Shown: piece after piece, positions 29,141 through 39,440 of the stretch
Numbering within the stretch: the first letter of the stretch is position 1
Layout of the letters: each line of letters starts with the position of its first letter
Source of the DNA: a virus
Strand: one strand, 5' to 3'
Virus record (IMG/VR): IMGVR_UViG_3300042154_000876
Coordinates: 11,584 to 75,583 of that record
DNA length: 64,000 nt
Notes under the pieces: generated by a model
Seen by the model: only the letters and a program-made list of their open reading frames with translations
Database searches by the model: none
Told to the model about the DNA's origin: nothing
Position numbers and translations under genes: made by a program

Positions 29141-29550
29141 ACTGGGGGATGCACCTCTGGCCATATGTTAATGGCAAAGGATTAGCGCATGGATTACGTC
29201 TGGCAGAGATGGATGCATCAGACATGCTAGACGTAATTCACTACTTCTTTGAGGACGACTATCGATACTCTACTAATGAAGAGTCCATCTACAAAGATGA
29301 GTTCAGAAAGAGTTTCTATAGCCGAGTATACAACTACACATACAGGTACGCCTCTGAGGAGAGAGAATCATCTCAATCCTATAGGGACTTTGATGCAGAG
29401 TTGGACAGCTCTACGGACGAGCCGGAAGAAATAATTCAACCGTTTAGTCCTAGGGAGCAAAAGGCTACTAAAGCCTTTGTTGAAGCTACCCCGATCGTCG
29501 GGGACGAGATTAAGCCTTTTGGCTCAATCTTAGATGGACCGATTGGTTAG
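29086..29550 (+). CDS. Tail assembly chaperone extension (T-like), -1 frame, probably made by frameshift
   Basis: -1 frame open from 29077, overlapping upstream ORF end; no clear RBS. Confidence 0.65.
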   Translation: MVDRGVHKPPGSAARGLLDWGMHLWPYVNGKGLAHGLRLAEMDASDMLDVIHYFFEDDYRYSTNEESIYKDEFRKSFYSRVYNYTYRYASEERESSQSYRDFDAELDSSTDEPEEIIQPFSPREQKATKAFVEATPIVGDEIKPFGSILDGPIG

Positions 29551-29566
29551 GAGGTGAGTACAAAGT

Positions 29567-32500
29567 ATGGCCGACCTTAGAAATCAACTTGCCGAAATTT
29601 ACGTAAAAGTTGTTGCTGACACGAAAGAGTCCGAAAAACGGGCTAGAGCTATAGCCAAAACTGAAAAAGAAACCGCTGAGGCGCAGCGTAAGCGCGCTGA
29701 GAGCGCTAAAAAAGTTCAAGAAGAAGTCGCCAGAAGCGGCGATAAAATATCTAAAAAGCAGCTAAAAGACATTTTAAAGCGGGCTGGTATTGAAGAAGTC
29801 TTCAATGCAGAGCAAATTAAAATGATGGAAGATATGGCTAAGCGCAAAGAAAAAGATGCGAAATTTAGCGAAAAAGTAGCCGACAGACGTAAGCGTAAGC
29901 ATGAGCTAGTCGAAGCCCATATTATGAACCTTATGACTAGGTTCAGGGACTACTCAGGTCGCCTCGATGACGAAGAACTAAAACTTAATAAGTCTCGCAA
30001 TGCCCAAAAGCTGGCCAACTACGAAAGTTTCCTAAAAAGAGCCAGTCACGAGCACAGCCGGTTTGCCACTCGTCTAGACCAGCGTGACATGACTGCCAGC
30101 ACCCTAGAAAACATGCGCCGCGGTTTTGAAAAAGGTATTCTTATAAGCAACAAGTGGCACAAAGACGAGAACACTCTGCAGCGTATGAGCAGGTCTATTG
30201 GCATCATGGGTTCTGCGCTGAATAGAACTAAGAATGACTCTGAAATGGCCGCTAGTGCATTTGCCTCTCTGCAGCGCGTTAGCTACAACTTGCAAGCGCT
30301 TTTTGGCGTCCTCGGTGGGTCTATCGGCTCGCTTGGTGGCGGTCTGCTGTCTCTAATTGGCGTAGCCGGCCAAGCTGCCTACTCTCTAATAGCAGTAGGT
30401 AGCGCGTTTGCCAGCATGGGCGCTGGTATGATTGCTGCTAGAGTTGCGCTTGGTGGTGTTGGCAAAGCGGTATCTGCAATGCTAGATCCGCAGAAAAAAC
30501 TACAAGGAGCCCTAAGAAATACCAGGCGTGAGCTTAGAAACCTGCGCTTTGATGCAGAAGAGGCGGCTCTTTCTCAGGAAGAAGCTGCTATAAACCTAGA
30601 GAAGGCTCGTGAAGAGCTTGCTCGCGTTCAGGACCTGCCGCCGGACAGCCGAGTACGTCGAGAAACTGAACTACAATTTCAACAGGCTGAACTAAACTAC
30701 CGTCGAGCAAAGGCTAGAAACAAAGAGGCCCGCGAGGACCTAAAGAAAGGTCCTGCCGGTTCTGGTACCGTTGACCCGCTGGCCGCCCTGACTAAGTCGC
30801 AAAAAGCTTTTGCTAAGTACCTAGTCACCCTTAAACCTTTAATGGATCAGCTAAAAGAGGCGGCGGCTAGCGGCTTCCTGCCTATTCTTCAGACCTCTAT
30901 TCAGACTCTAGTTGATAAAGCATTTCCTACCCTACAGTCTGGATTAAACATTCTTGGAACTGCAATGGGAAATGCTTCCAAGAGTTTTGCTGACGCTTTC
31001 ACAATGCCTAGAACTTTGGAGCAGCTAGACTCATTCTTCAAGAGCTCTAAACCAGTCATTGAGACATTTGGTCGAGCTCTTGGTAATGCCTTTAGCGGCC
31101 TACTAGGCGCTCTTAAATCTGCTCAGCCTCTTACTGATAGGTTTGTTAAGTGGGTTGACACCCTTAGCGTTCGGTTCCAAATGTGGGGAAATAGTTCGGG
31201 ACTTAAGTCGTTCCTAAATCTATCCGGTGAAGTTGCTTCAAGGCTTGGTAAGACTTTTAGTACTGTCTTTGGTGGACTAAAGAATGTTCTTGATGCAACA
31301 TTCCCTGGCGGAAACATAAACGCTGGGGCCGGAGGAGTTCTTCTATCTTGGCTTCAAAAACTTGCTGATGGCTTTAAGTCATTCACTGGAAACACTCAGT
31401 TTGCCTCTTGGCTTAAGGCTACAACTCAAAATGCTACTACAATGCTTAGTTCTATTGGAACTCTACTAAAGCCGTTATTTGATATCGCTGCTATGCCAGA
31501 AATCGGTGAGTTCTGGACCGTCCTTAAGGGTGCCGCTGAGCCTATTAAAAAGATGCTTGAGGATGGCGCTAAGGCTGGTCCAGAGTTTGCTGCAATGCTT
31601 GTTAGTATTGTAAAGATGTTTGCTCAGTTCTCGGACTCGGGTGCCCTAGAGGCCTTCTTTAATACCCTGAACCAGATTGCTACGGTAATCACGGAATACA
31701 TTCTTAAACCTTTAAAGCCAGTCTTAGATTTCTGGGGACGTATTCACGGTGCGTTACTTGCAGTTGGTTTGGCCATCATCGTTGCTAAAACTACTCTAAT
31801 GGTTATGGCCGGAATTGTTGGCAACGTGTTTGGTGCTATCGGAAAAACCTCCGCAGCTATGACCAAGTTTGCTGTAGTAACCACAACGGCTACACTAAGA
31901 TATAAAGGTCTCAGAAAAGAAGGATTAAGTGCCGGCGCAGCTGTCAAGGGCGTTAGCGATCAATTTGTGAAAACAGTAAGGCAAGCTCAGGCTACCAGGC
32001 GAGCTGCTCTACTAGTTCAAATGGCTAGAGATGCCGGTATGTCTGCTGCAAAACTCAAGCAGCTTGAAAAGCAGCTTGACCAAGTTATTATGAAGCAGGG
32101 AATCTACAGCAGGTCTGGAATGATCGGCGCTGTTCAAGGTCAAACTACTAAGGCCGGTAAGCCAACAGCACTGGCTCAGGATCCTGCACTGGCAGCAGCT
32201 GGTAAAGTGGGTGGCTCTAGATTTGCTGGAGGCCGTGCAGCAGTCGGTCTTGGCGGCGGAGCCTTAGCTCTCGGTAGCATGGCTGGCACTGGTGGTAGTG
32301 CTTTAACTACCGGGCTTGGTATGGCTTCTATGGTTGCCTCTTTCCTACCGGGACCGCTTGGTCTTATCTCCGGCGCTGTTCTTGGTATCGGTAGTGCCAT
32401 TTCTTCTGGATTTGACGCTGCAGCTCAGGCGGAAAAAGAGAAAAAAGACGCTGAAAAGCAGAAAAAAATTCAAATCGAGGCTGCGCGTGTTGATCTTCAA

Positions 32501-33559
32501 GCCGAAAATGTTAATCAGCTGAAGGGGGCCACCCAGACTCTTGTAGGCGCTGGGGCAAAGGCTACCGACGTCCAAGACATTATCAACACCGGTGTTGATA
32601 ATCTAAAGGATCAGAGAATCCAAGGCATCTCTGATTATCAGGCCACTTTTAGGGGAATCCTTGATGCCGGATTTGCGGATGTGTTTGCTGGTAACAATGA
32701 GTCCCTAAAAAAATCTCTTATTGGTGCTGTCGGTACTGTTTCCAAGAGTGGGTTATATAGCCCCGAGGAAGCTGCTCAGCTTTTGGACCCTATTTTCGAT
32801 GCAGCTGGTGGCGGTAAGGCCGGTCTTGCTGCAGTTAATAAGTACATTAAGAGTAAAAAGTTTGCTGATGTTGGTCTGTATACGTCGACTAGCGGGACAG
32901 AGGGTGAACTTCTTGCTAGGCAGGAAGCTCAGAGGAGAACAAGAGACGATTTTATTGCAAAAAATAGAGAAAAATCAAAAGAAACCTATGGCCCAGGGGT
33001 TAGTGCTCTAAAAAAGGCCATTGGCGACCTAGATACAGATATTCTAGGATTACGGGGAAATATAGAGTCTGATCAAATCCTGAAGATTCTTGGTTTTGAA
33101 GGCAAACGCAAGGAATTTAATCAAAAATTCTACTCCTCCAGTGGGTCGTTAGATAGAGAAAGACTCAGACCAGTGTTGGAAACTGCTCTATCAAAGCAAG
33201 AGACTCTGGCTTCTGGTGGGAGCACGGGTGTTCCGTTCGGACCTGGAATCGATGCCAAGGGCAACTCTATGATTAATAATCGATCATTCTTTAGAGGAAC
33301 TAACCGGACAAACTCTGGAATACCTACGCCTGGATTTACCATCCCATCCGTATCTGGAGTTACAGCAAACGCTGCACCAACTGGCCCTAAAGGTACAGCA
33401 GCTGAGCCGATAAATGTGACCGATCCAAGCCTAAAGGGCTTGGGTCCAGCTATCACTAAACTTGCCAACGCTACCCCAAATGTTATGGTTGTCAATGTGA
33501 AGAATAAGAGTGAGCTCGATGCTCTATATAGAAAACTAGGATTACCCTCCATAACATGA
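29567..33559 (+). CDS. Tape measure protein
   Basis: 1330 aa, helical Ala/Gly/Leu-rich with hydrophobic segments; AGGAGG RBS; synteny. Confidence 0.9.
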   Translation: MADLRNQLAEIYVKVVADTKESEKRARAIAKTEKETAEAQRKRAESAKKVQEEVARSGDKISKKQLKDILKRAGIEEVFNAEQIKMMEDMAKRKEKDAKFSEKVADRRKRKHELVEAHIMNLMTRFRDYSGRLDDEELKLNKSRNAQKLANYESFLKRASHEHSRFATRLDQRDMTASTLENMRRGFEKGILISNKWHKDENTLQRMSRSIGIMGSALNRTKNDSEMAASAFASLQRVSYNLQALFGVLGGSIGSLGGGLLSLIGVAGQAAYSLIAVGSAFASMGAGMIAARVALGGVGKAVSAMLDPQKKLQGALRNTRRELRNLRFDAEEAALSQEEAAINLEKAREELARVQDLPPDSRVRRETELQFQQAELNYRRAKARNKEAREDLKKGPAGSGTVDPLAALTKSQKAFAKYLVTLKPLMDQLKEAAASGFLPILQTSIQTLVDKAFPTLQSGLNILGTAMGNASKSFADAFTMPRTLEQLDSFFKSSKPVIETFGRALGNAFSGLLGALKSAQPLTDRFVKWVDTLSVRFQMWGNSSGLKSFLNLSGEVASRLGKTFSTVFGGLKNVLDATFPGGNINAGAGGVLLSWLQKLADGFKSFTGNTQFASWLKATTQNATTMLSSIGTLLKPLFDIAAMPEIGEFWTVLKGAAEPIKKMLEDGAKAGPEFAAMLVSIVKMFAQFSDSGALEAFFNTLNQIATVITEYILKPLKPVLDFWGRIHGALLAVGLAIIVAKTTLMVMAGIVGNVFGAIGKTSAAMTKFAVVTTTATLRYKGLRKEGLSAGAAVKGVSDQFVKTVRQAQATRRAALLVQMARDAGMSAAKLKQLEKQLDQVIMKQGIYSRSGMIGAVQGQTTKAGKPTALAQDPALAAAGKVGGSRFAGGRAAVGLGGGALALGSMAGTGGSALTTGLGMASMVASFLPGPLGLISGAVLGIGSAISSGFDAAAQAEKEKKDAEKQKKIQIEAARVDLQAENVNQLKGATQTLVGAGAKATDVQDIINTGVDNLKDQRIQGISDYQATFRGILDAGFADVFAGNNESLKKSLIGAVGTVSKSGLYSPEEAAQLLDPIFDAAGGGKAGLAAVNKYIKSKKFADVGLYTSTSGTEGELLARQEAQRRTRDDFIAKNREKSKETYGPGVSALKKAIGDLDTDILGLRGNIESDQILKILGFEGKRKEFNQKFYSSSGSLDRERLRPVLETALSKQETLASGGSTGVPFGPGIDAKGNSMINNRSFFRGTNRTNSGIPTPGFTIPSVSGVTANAAPTGPKGTAAEPINVTDPSLKGLGPAITKLANATPNVMVVNVKNKSELDALYRKLGLPSIT

Positions 33560-35430
33560 TAAACGACAACTTACTGCAAAACTCATCCTTTGATTACGGA
33601 ACAACCGGCTATACCGCGCTAGTTAGCGCTACGCTTGCCACCACTACCTCTGACTCATTCATCAGCGGTGCCTCTCTAGAAGTTACTAGAAGTGGTAGTG
33701 CTGGCTCAGGTGTGGTTTCCGGATTGGTTTCTATTACCGCTGGTAACACCTACACGGTCTCTGGGTATGTAAGAGTTCCTACTGGAGAGACTTCCGGCGG
33801 GTTTGTGGCAAAGATTACCTATTACGACTCTTCAAACGTGGCTACAACAAACGTAATCAGCTCTACGTCTACCATCTCGGATGCGAGTGGCTGGGTACGA
33901 CTTTCTGCCACCAAGGCCTCTGCTGCCGGAGATGCGTATGTCTCCATCTCTATCTATCAGGTTGCTTCTGGAGCTAATGGTAAAAAGTTCTTAGTTGACT
34001 CTCTCAAGATTGAGAACTCCATTGAAGCTACCCAGGTCTCTGACGGCATCCCTCAAGATGAAGAGACTAAAGCCGTACACGATGCTTTAGGTAAACTTTA
34101 TCCTGGAGATCCCGAAACTCGTCCATACATCACTGGACTCAAACTTGAGGGCGATATCAGCATAAACGGCCTAGTTCTAAACACCATTGACGAGAATAGC
34201 GTTGTGTGGATTTGTACAGACATCAAGGGTTGGTGGTCACTGCCTACTCCTGAAGTTCCAAACATCCCTCGTGGGCTCGACGATGGTGCCTACGACGTGC
34301 GAGGACGCTGGCTACCGCGCGAGATTACCCTTGAAGGTTCAATACTTCCACCTAAGCCTTCGTACGCTCCAGCGGCTCGACAGCGCCTTATGGAGGCACT
34401 TGACTTGGTCTACACTGGCGGCTGGTTGAAGGTTAACGAGGACCCTTTGATGTCTGCCTATGTTCGCATTGTGGGTCAGCCTACTGTTGAGTCTGTAAAC
34501 GCCCGCGGCCGCATCAACTTCACTGTTCAGCTCCGCGCTGGTGACCCAGTTAAATATAGCTGGAACCCTAATGCCGCTGACGGCTACGCAACTAGCAACG
34601 TCGCAATCAATACTGTTGGCGGTGCATTGTCAAACACTACTATCACAAATGCTGGAAATACAAACACGGCTCCTGTATTCTCTTTGACTGGGCCTATGAC
34701 CGCACCTGCTTATATCAAAAACGTAACAACTGGCAAAACCATAAAGATTGTCAAAAACCTTAGACCTAACACCACTGCATCAAACGTCACCACTAAGGTT
34801 CGGGTATCTGGAGTCTCTACCCTGACTACCGACGTCGCTCACAGCTTCTTGGTTGGCGACATCGTTACAGTTGCTGGCATGGGCTCTGGTGGGTCAGACC
34901 CGCACTACCAGTTGAATGGTGACAAGGAAATCACTTCTGTTACGTCTACAACTATCAGTTTTGCTGATGCTGGCGTTAATGTTCTTACTGCAGTGCTTAC
35001 CTCAAATGTGGTGACGCTAACCACTGACGCTAACCACAACTTCTCGACGGGTAGCATCTATGTTTCCAAGCTTGGCGCGCCATTCGACGGCACATATACG
35101 ATTGCCTCTGCAAGCGGTACCTCTATTACCTATGCAAAAGTTAGTGCCAATACGGCGGTTAAGTACGAAGGTCTAGTTTCTTTAGATATCTCTAGCGCTA
35201 GTGATGCTGGAACTGCAACCCTAAAGAGTGCCGACACCCTTGAGATCGACACATACAACACCACCGTTCTGTATCGCGGTCTGCCTGACTCGGCACGCTC
35301 TACTCTAGATGCTGGCGTTGACTGGATTAAACTTCAGCCTGGTGCTAATGACCTACGTCTAGAAAAAAGCAACGCCAGCGTGACTCCAGCCTCGTTCACT
35401 GTAAAATACAAGTCCGGCTGGATCGGGTAA
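33556..35430 (+). CDS. Distal tail (Dit-like) protein with N-terminal carbohydrate-binding-like domain
   Basis: NLLQNSSF CBM-like start; R.ITLEG, DP.KY, N.GN, LQPGAN motifs. Confidence 0.75.
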   Translation: MINDNLLQNSSFDYGTTGYTALVSATLATTTSDSFISGASLEVTRSGSAGSGVVSGLVSITAGNTYTVSGYVRVPTGETSGGFVAKITYYDSSNVATTNVISSTSTISDASGWVRLSATKASAAGDAYVSISIYQVASGANGKKFLVDSLKIENSIEATQVSDGIPQDEETKAVHDALGKLYPGDPETRPYITGLKLEGDISINGLVLNTIDENSVVWICTDIKGWWSLPTPEVPNIPRGLDDGAYDVRGRWLPREITLEGSILPPKPSYAPAARQRLMEALDLVYTGGWLKVNEDPLMSAYVRIVGQPTVESVNARGRINFTVQLRAGDPVKYSWNPNAADGYATSNVAINTVGGALSNTTITNAGNTNTAPVFSLTGPMTAPAYIKNVTTGKTIKIVKNLRPNTTASNVTTKVRVSGVSTLTTDVAHSFLVGDIVTVAGMGSGGSDPHYQLNGDKEITSVTSTTISFADAGVNVLTAVLTSNVVTLTTDANHNFSTGSIYVSKLGAPFDGTYTIASASGTSITYAKVSANTAVKYEGLVSLDISSASDAGTATLKSADTLEIDTYNTTVLYRGLPDSARSTLDAGVDWIKLQPGANDLRLEKSNASVTPASFTVKYKSGWIG

Positions 35431-35459
35431 AATAGTAGTAACGACGACTACGAGGTAAG

Positions 35460-38400
35460 ATGCCAGACGCACTGTATGCAAGTACCACCCCTGAGACCGC
35501 ACCGGTCTACGCTTACTATACCGTAAACATCGTTACTAATGAAGTATTGGCTCAGATTCCGTTTGAGGATGTGTCTTACGAGCGTAGAGTTAAAGAGCCA
35601 GGCGCATTTGAAGGTGCAATCTCTATCACCGGTCAGACAGAAGACCTAGACCTCTACAACAGCACCATGCCTGGTAAGGTCGCTCTCTATGTTACCCGTA
35701 ACGGCGTCTGCGTTTGGGGCGGTATTATTTGGGGCCGCACTTACGACCTAGTTGAGCGAGCTCTTTCAATCTCAGCTTTGGAGTTTAGCAGCTACCTACA
35801 GAAGCGTGTGATTTGGAAGACTTACTCTTACAAGTTTGAGTGCGAGATTTTAAAGACCACTAAGGCGGGGGACGCCAAAATCACTCTTACTAAAAACAAA
35901 ATAAAAATCCCCCTTAAGGCCGTTGACAGCAAGGGCGAAGCAACTAAGGTCTACGTCTCGTTCACTGAGTCAAATCTTGTACAATACACCGGCTACTACT
36001 CGGTCTCTCCGTCACCGGAGCCTACTCAAACGGAGTTCTACGTATCGATTCCAAAACTACCGGCGTCTGCTGGAGTCTACCAATCTGTTTCTGTGTCCGT
36101 GAAAGTAGACACCTACGACTACATTCGTGAAATGCTAAACGACGTTCTTAAGGATTTTTCTGACACTACGTTTGCGAACGAGATCATTGCTCCTGGAATC
36201 AAAGAGCCGCACATCATTACCCACCGGGGAGCCTCTGACAACGTTGTGACGATCACTACCGAAGACAGACATGGTATGGTAACTGGCCAACGAATCGACA
36301 TCTTCAACATCAATAAGACCCTGTGCGGTAAGCAGACTGTTTCTGAAGTAACCACCCCGTATCAGTTCAAGTATATTGTGCCAGTTCTAAATATCACCCA
36401 TGTTGAGCGAGCTTCCGGTGTCGCTACTGTTTACATAGACACGTCGGGAGGTCAGTACGTACCTTTTGTAGTTGATCAGGAAGTTATCATCACATCTAGT
36501 GATTCTGGGTTCAATAATAGCGGTGCCGCAGTGGCGATTACTGCGGTTACTGAGAGTTCTATATCCTATGAGAATGCTGGATCAAACGCAGCCAAGACTT
36601 CCGCCACTGGTAAAGTCACTATTGCAAATGTCACTTATGGTACTGTCGATGCTGAAAACTACAGAGTTTATTCCCGCGAGATCACCTCTACCGGAAAAAA
36701 GAATATTGAGTACGTAAAGCGCGTGGCTGGAGATACTTGGGTTTGGACTACTGCCCCTCACGGTTTTAAAAAAGCAGACAAGGTTTTAGTCACTTTTGCT
36801 GATATTAACGACTATGAAACTTTAAATAATGACAAGATTCCAGTAAGCATTCTTAGCACCACAACATACAGCTTTAAGTATCGTCAAGATAGCTACTCTA
36901 ATTCAAAGTATGACATCAAGGGTAGTGATGGCAGTAGGGTCACTATGGCCAAACCGTCTAAACACAAAGCTGTGCTTGCCACTCCTGTAAAACGTTTAAA
37001 GATAAACACCGCCGGAACGCACACGTTTGGTGTGGACGATTTGGTTCACGTACGCGGAGTTGATAGAATCGACTGGACCAGCTCGATCTATGATGGGTAC
37101 CACAAGGTTGCGGAACTGGATACATCCGAGGGCATTGCCTCAGCTGAAGTGCTAACTACAACTGACTTTAGCGTTACCTCTGACCTGGTAGTTACTCTTT
37201 GGTTAAACAGAGAGCACGGGGTGTCGGTTGGTGACCTTATTGAGGTGACTGGCTTTACATCGACGTTGGCTACTCTAAATACAAAGACTAGAGTAACTGA
37301 CGTTTATGACGTTGAAGGCGCTGCTTCCGGGGTATCTTGGGTTCAGTATAAGCTAGGCAAAAAGAGGGCTAACGTAGCTAAAACCGCTAGCACAGCTGGT
37401 AAGGTTGCCGTCTTCGGAGCAAGCTGGTTTACTTTTGAAATGCCCGAGTGGGGGGCTACTAGAGAGCCAGATGACACCATTCAGGTTACTCATGTCAAGT
37501 ATAAAAAAGCAGGCCGAGTTGTCACGCTAACAACTGCCACTAAACACAACTGCACCGTAGGCGACCGTGTCAAAGTAGATATTAAAGGCAAGCTATATGA
37601 TGGCACCCACACTATCACTGCTGCTTGGACAGATGCTGATCAAATTTCATATAGCCTACCGTCCAGCACTAAGGATCTTCCTAGCACCAATATAGGAACT
37701 AAAGCCGTCACCGGAAGCATTACTAGAGTAAAAACAAGCGTTGGCTATATTCCGACGCTATCGGTCCCAATCGATAGACTTGGTCGTGACGCTAACTTAG
37801 CCACCATATATTCTGTTGATCACGATTTTGCTACTGGCGACAACATTACCATTGAGATTGACCCGACTGAGTCTACATACAGTTCTTTTGAAAACAGCGG
37901 CAACGTTATTCCAATAACTGCTACCACAGACAATACTTATTCATATGCCAGTGTCGGCAGTGATGTCGGTGTATTTACAGTCACCGCTGCAAACGTTGTG
38001 TCTAACGTTGCCACTCTAACCACGTCTACTGCTCATGGGTATGCTGTAGGTCAAAGCGTTAACGTTTCTAAAATCAATGCCACCTACAACGGAACCCACG
38101 TCATCACTGCGGTCAGCGTTAGTCCCAGCTGGTTTAAATACGCATTAAAAACATCTAATACATCATCTGCTGGACTGTCCGGTAGGGCCTCTTCTACGGC
38201 TGGCGTCACCGCCAACCTACACTATGCCTACATTGACTACACCAATATTGGTCGTAGTCAAGCGGTTACCAATCTATCTAGTGCATCTGACGTTGTCACT
38301 ATGACCTCGGCTGATCACGGATTCGTCGTCGGTGACTACGTGATTACCTATGTTAAAGGCAAGACCTATAATGCTTTTAAAAATGGAAACCAGCCGGTTA

Positions 38401-39440
38401 GAATTAAGTCAGTCACTACAAACACTTTTACTTATGACTCTCTTGCTGGGTATTTGACAGGTACCGTATCCTCAACTGCTGTTGAAGGCTATGTTGTATT
38501 CGCTCCTCAGATTGAAAAAACTCCTGTGGCTATGACTCGCACCTACGGAGAGTTCCCTAGCAACTCTGCTATGGGAGGCTTGGAGTTCTCTACAGATGAG
38601 TACAGCTCTACCCAGTATCCAAATGACACTATTCGCGGTAGTGATTTGATTACGGTGTTTGAGCACCTAGAGCGCTACACTAGCACCAAAGATGGTTTTG
38701 ACTATAGGATTGACTGCTCGCTAGTTGAGGGGTATGGAGACAAAAAGAAGTTTAAACGCACTTTTGTTTTGATTCCTCGCATCCCAGAAATTCTGCAGGA
38801 CTACCTAGATACGCTTCCTGATAAACAACTATCTCCTGGCACCTATGCCCCGCCTTCGGCGTTTGGGGCAGACCGGATTGTGTTTGAGTACCCCGGTAAC
38901 ATTCAAAACGTCAGCTTCTCTGAGAACACAACTAACTCTGCGACTCGGGTGTTTGTTGTTGGAAATAATGATGATGTCGGTGGCTCAGCAAGTGCTCGAT
39001 ACTCTGCGTCGGCATCTACTGATCTATTGAATGATGGTTGGCCTTTGATTGATAAAGTTGAAAAAGTAGAGTGGCCAGTTAAAGGCATCAATGCCGTCAA
39101 TACTGATGATTGGGGTAACTATGATGCTGAAAAGGATTTACAACTTACTTCTGAAAGATTCTTGAACGAAACTAAGCCTCCTTCAGGTGACATTATAATT
39201 AGTGTAAATGGTTCTTTAAATCCAGAAATCGGTACGTTTAATCCGGGCGATTGGTGTTCAGTTGTCATTCGTGACAACTTTGTCCAGCAGCGTATGTACA
39301 GCACTTTGGAGCCTAGAAAAGATGTAATCGTTAGAAAGATTGATGGTATTCGCGTGGCTGTGCCAAACAGCCCTGCGTTCCCGGAAATGATTGATCTAAC
39401 CCTAATAGCTGAATGGCAGGTGGACAAGGTTGGCAAGTAG
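35460..39440 (+). CDS. Baseplate hub/minor tail protein with ~9 inserted beta-barrel modules
   Basis: VWGGIIW N-terminus, FEYPGNI and PGDW C-terminus. Confidence 0.75.
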   Translation: MPDALYASTTPETAPVYAYYTVNIVTNEVLAQIPFEDVSYERRVKEPGAFEGAISITGQTEDLDLYNSTMPGKVALYVTRNGVCVWGGIIWGRTYDLVERALSISALEFSSYLQKRVIWKTYSYKFECEILKTTKAGDAKITLTKNKIKIPLKAVDSKGEATKVYVSFTESNLVQYTGYYSVSPSPEPTQTEFYVSIPKLPASAGVYQSVSVSVKVDTYDYIREMLNDVLKDFSDTTFANEIIAPGIKEPHIITHRGASDNVVTITTEDRHGMVTGQRIDIFNINKTLCGKQTVSEVTTPYQFKYIVPVLNITHVERASGVATVYIDTSGGQYVPFVVDQEVIITSSDSGFNNSGAAVAITAVTESSISYENAGSNAAKTSATGKVTIANVTYGTVDAENYRVYSREITSTGKKNIEYVKRVAGDTWVWTTAPHGFKKADKVLVTFADINDYETLNNDKIPVSILSTTTYSFKYRQDSYSNSKYDIKGSDGSRVTMAKPSKHKAVLATPVKRLKINTAGTHTFGVDDLVHVRGVDRIDWTSSIYDGYHKVAELDTSEGIASAEVLTTTDFSVTSDLVVTLWLNREHGVSVGDLIEVTGFTSTLATLNTKTRVTDVYDVEGAASGVSWVQYKLGKKRANVAKTASTAGKVAVFGASWFTFEMPEWGATREPDDTIQVTHVKYKKAGRVVTLTTATKHNCTVGDRVKVDIKGKLYDGTHTITAAWTDADQISYSLPSSTKDLPSTNIGTKAVTGSITRVKTSVGYIPTLSVPIDRLGRDANLATIYSVDHDFATGDNITIEIDPTESTYSSFENSGNVIPITATTDNTYSYASVGSDVGVFTVTAANVVSNVATLTTSTAHGYAVGQSVNVSKINATYNGTHVITAVSVSPSWFKYALKTSNTSSAGLSGRASSTAGVTANLHYAYIDYTNIGRSQAVTNLSSASDVVTMTSADHGFVVGDYVITYVKGKTYNAFKNGNQPVRIKSVTTNTFTYDSLAGYLTGTVSSTAVEGYVVFAPQIEKTPVAMTRTYGEFPSNSAMGGLEFSTDEYSSTQYPNDTIRGSDLITVFEHLERYTSTKDGFDYRIDCSLVEGYGDKKKFKRTFVLIPRIPEILQDYLDTLPDKQLSPGTYAPPSAFGADRIVFEYPGNIQNVSFSENTTNSATRVFVVGNNDDVGGSASARYSASASTDLLNDGWPLIDKVEKVEWPVKGINAVNTDDWGNYDAEKDLQLTSERFLNETKPPSGDIIISVNGSLNPEIGTFNPGDWCSVVIRDNFVQQRMYSTLEPRKDVIVRKIDGIRVAVPNSPAFPEMIDLTLIAEWQVDKVGK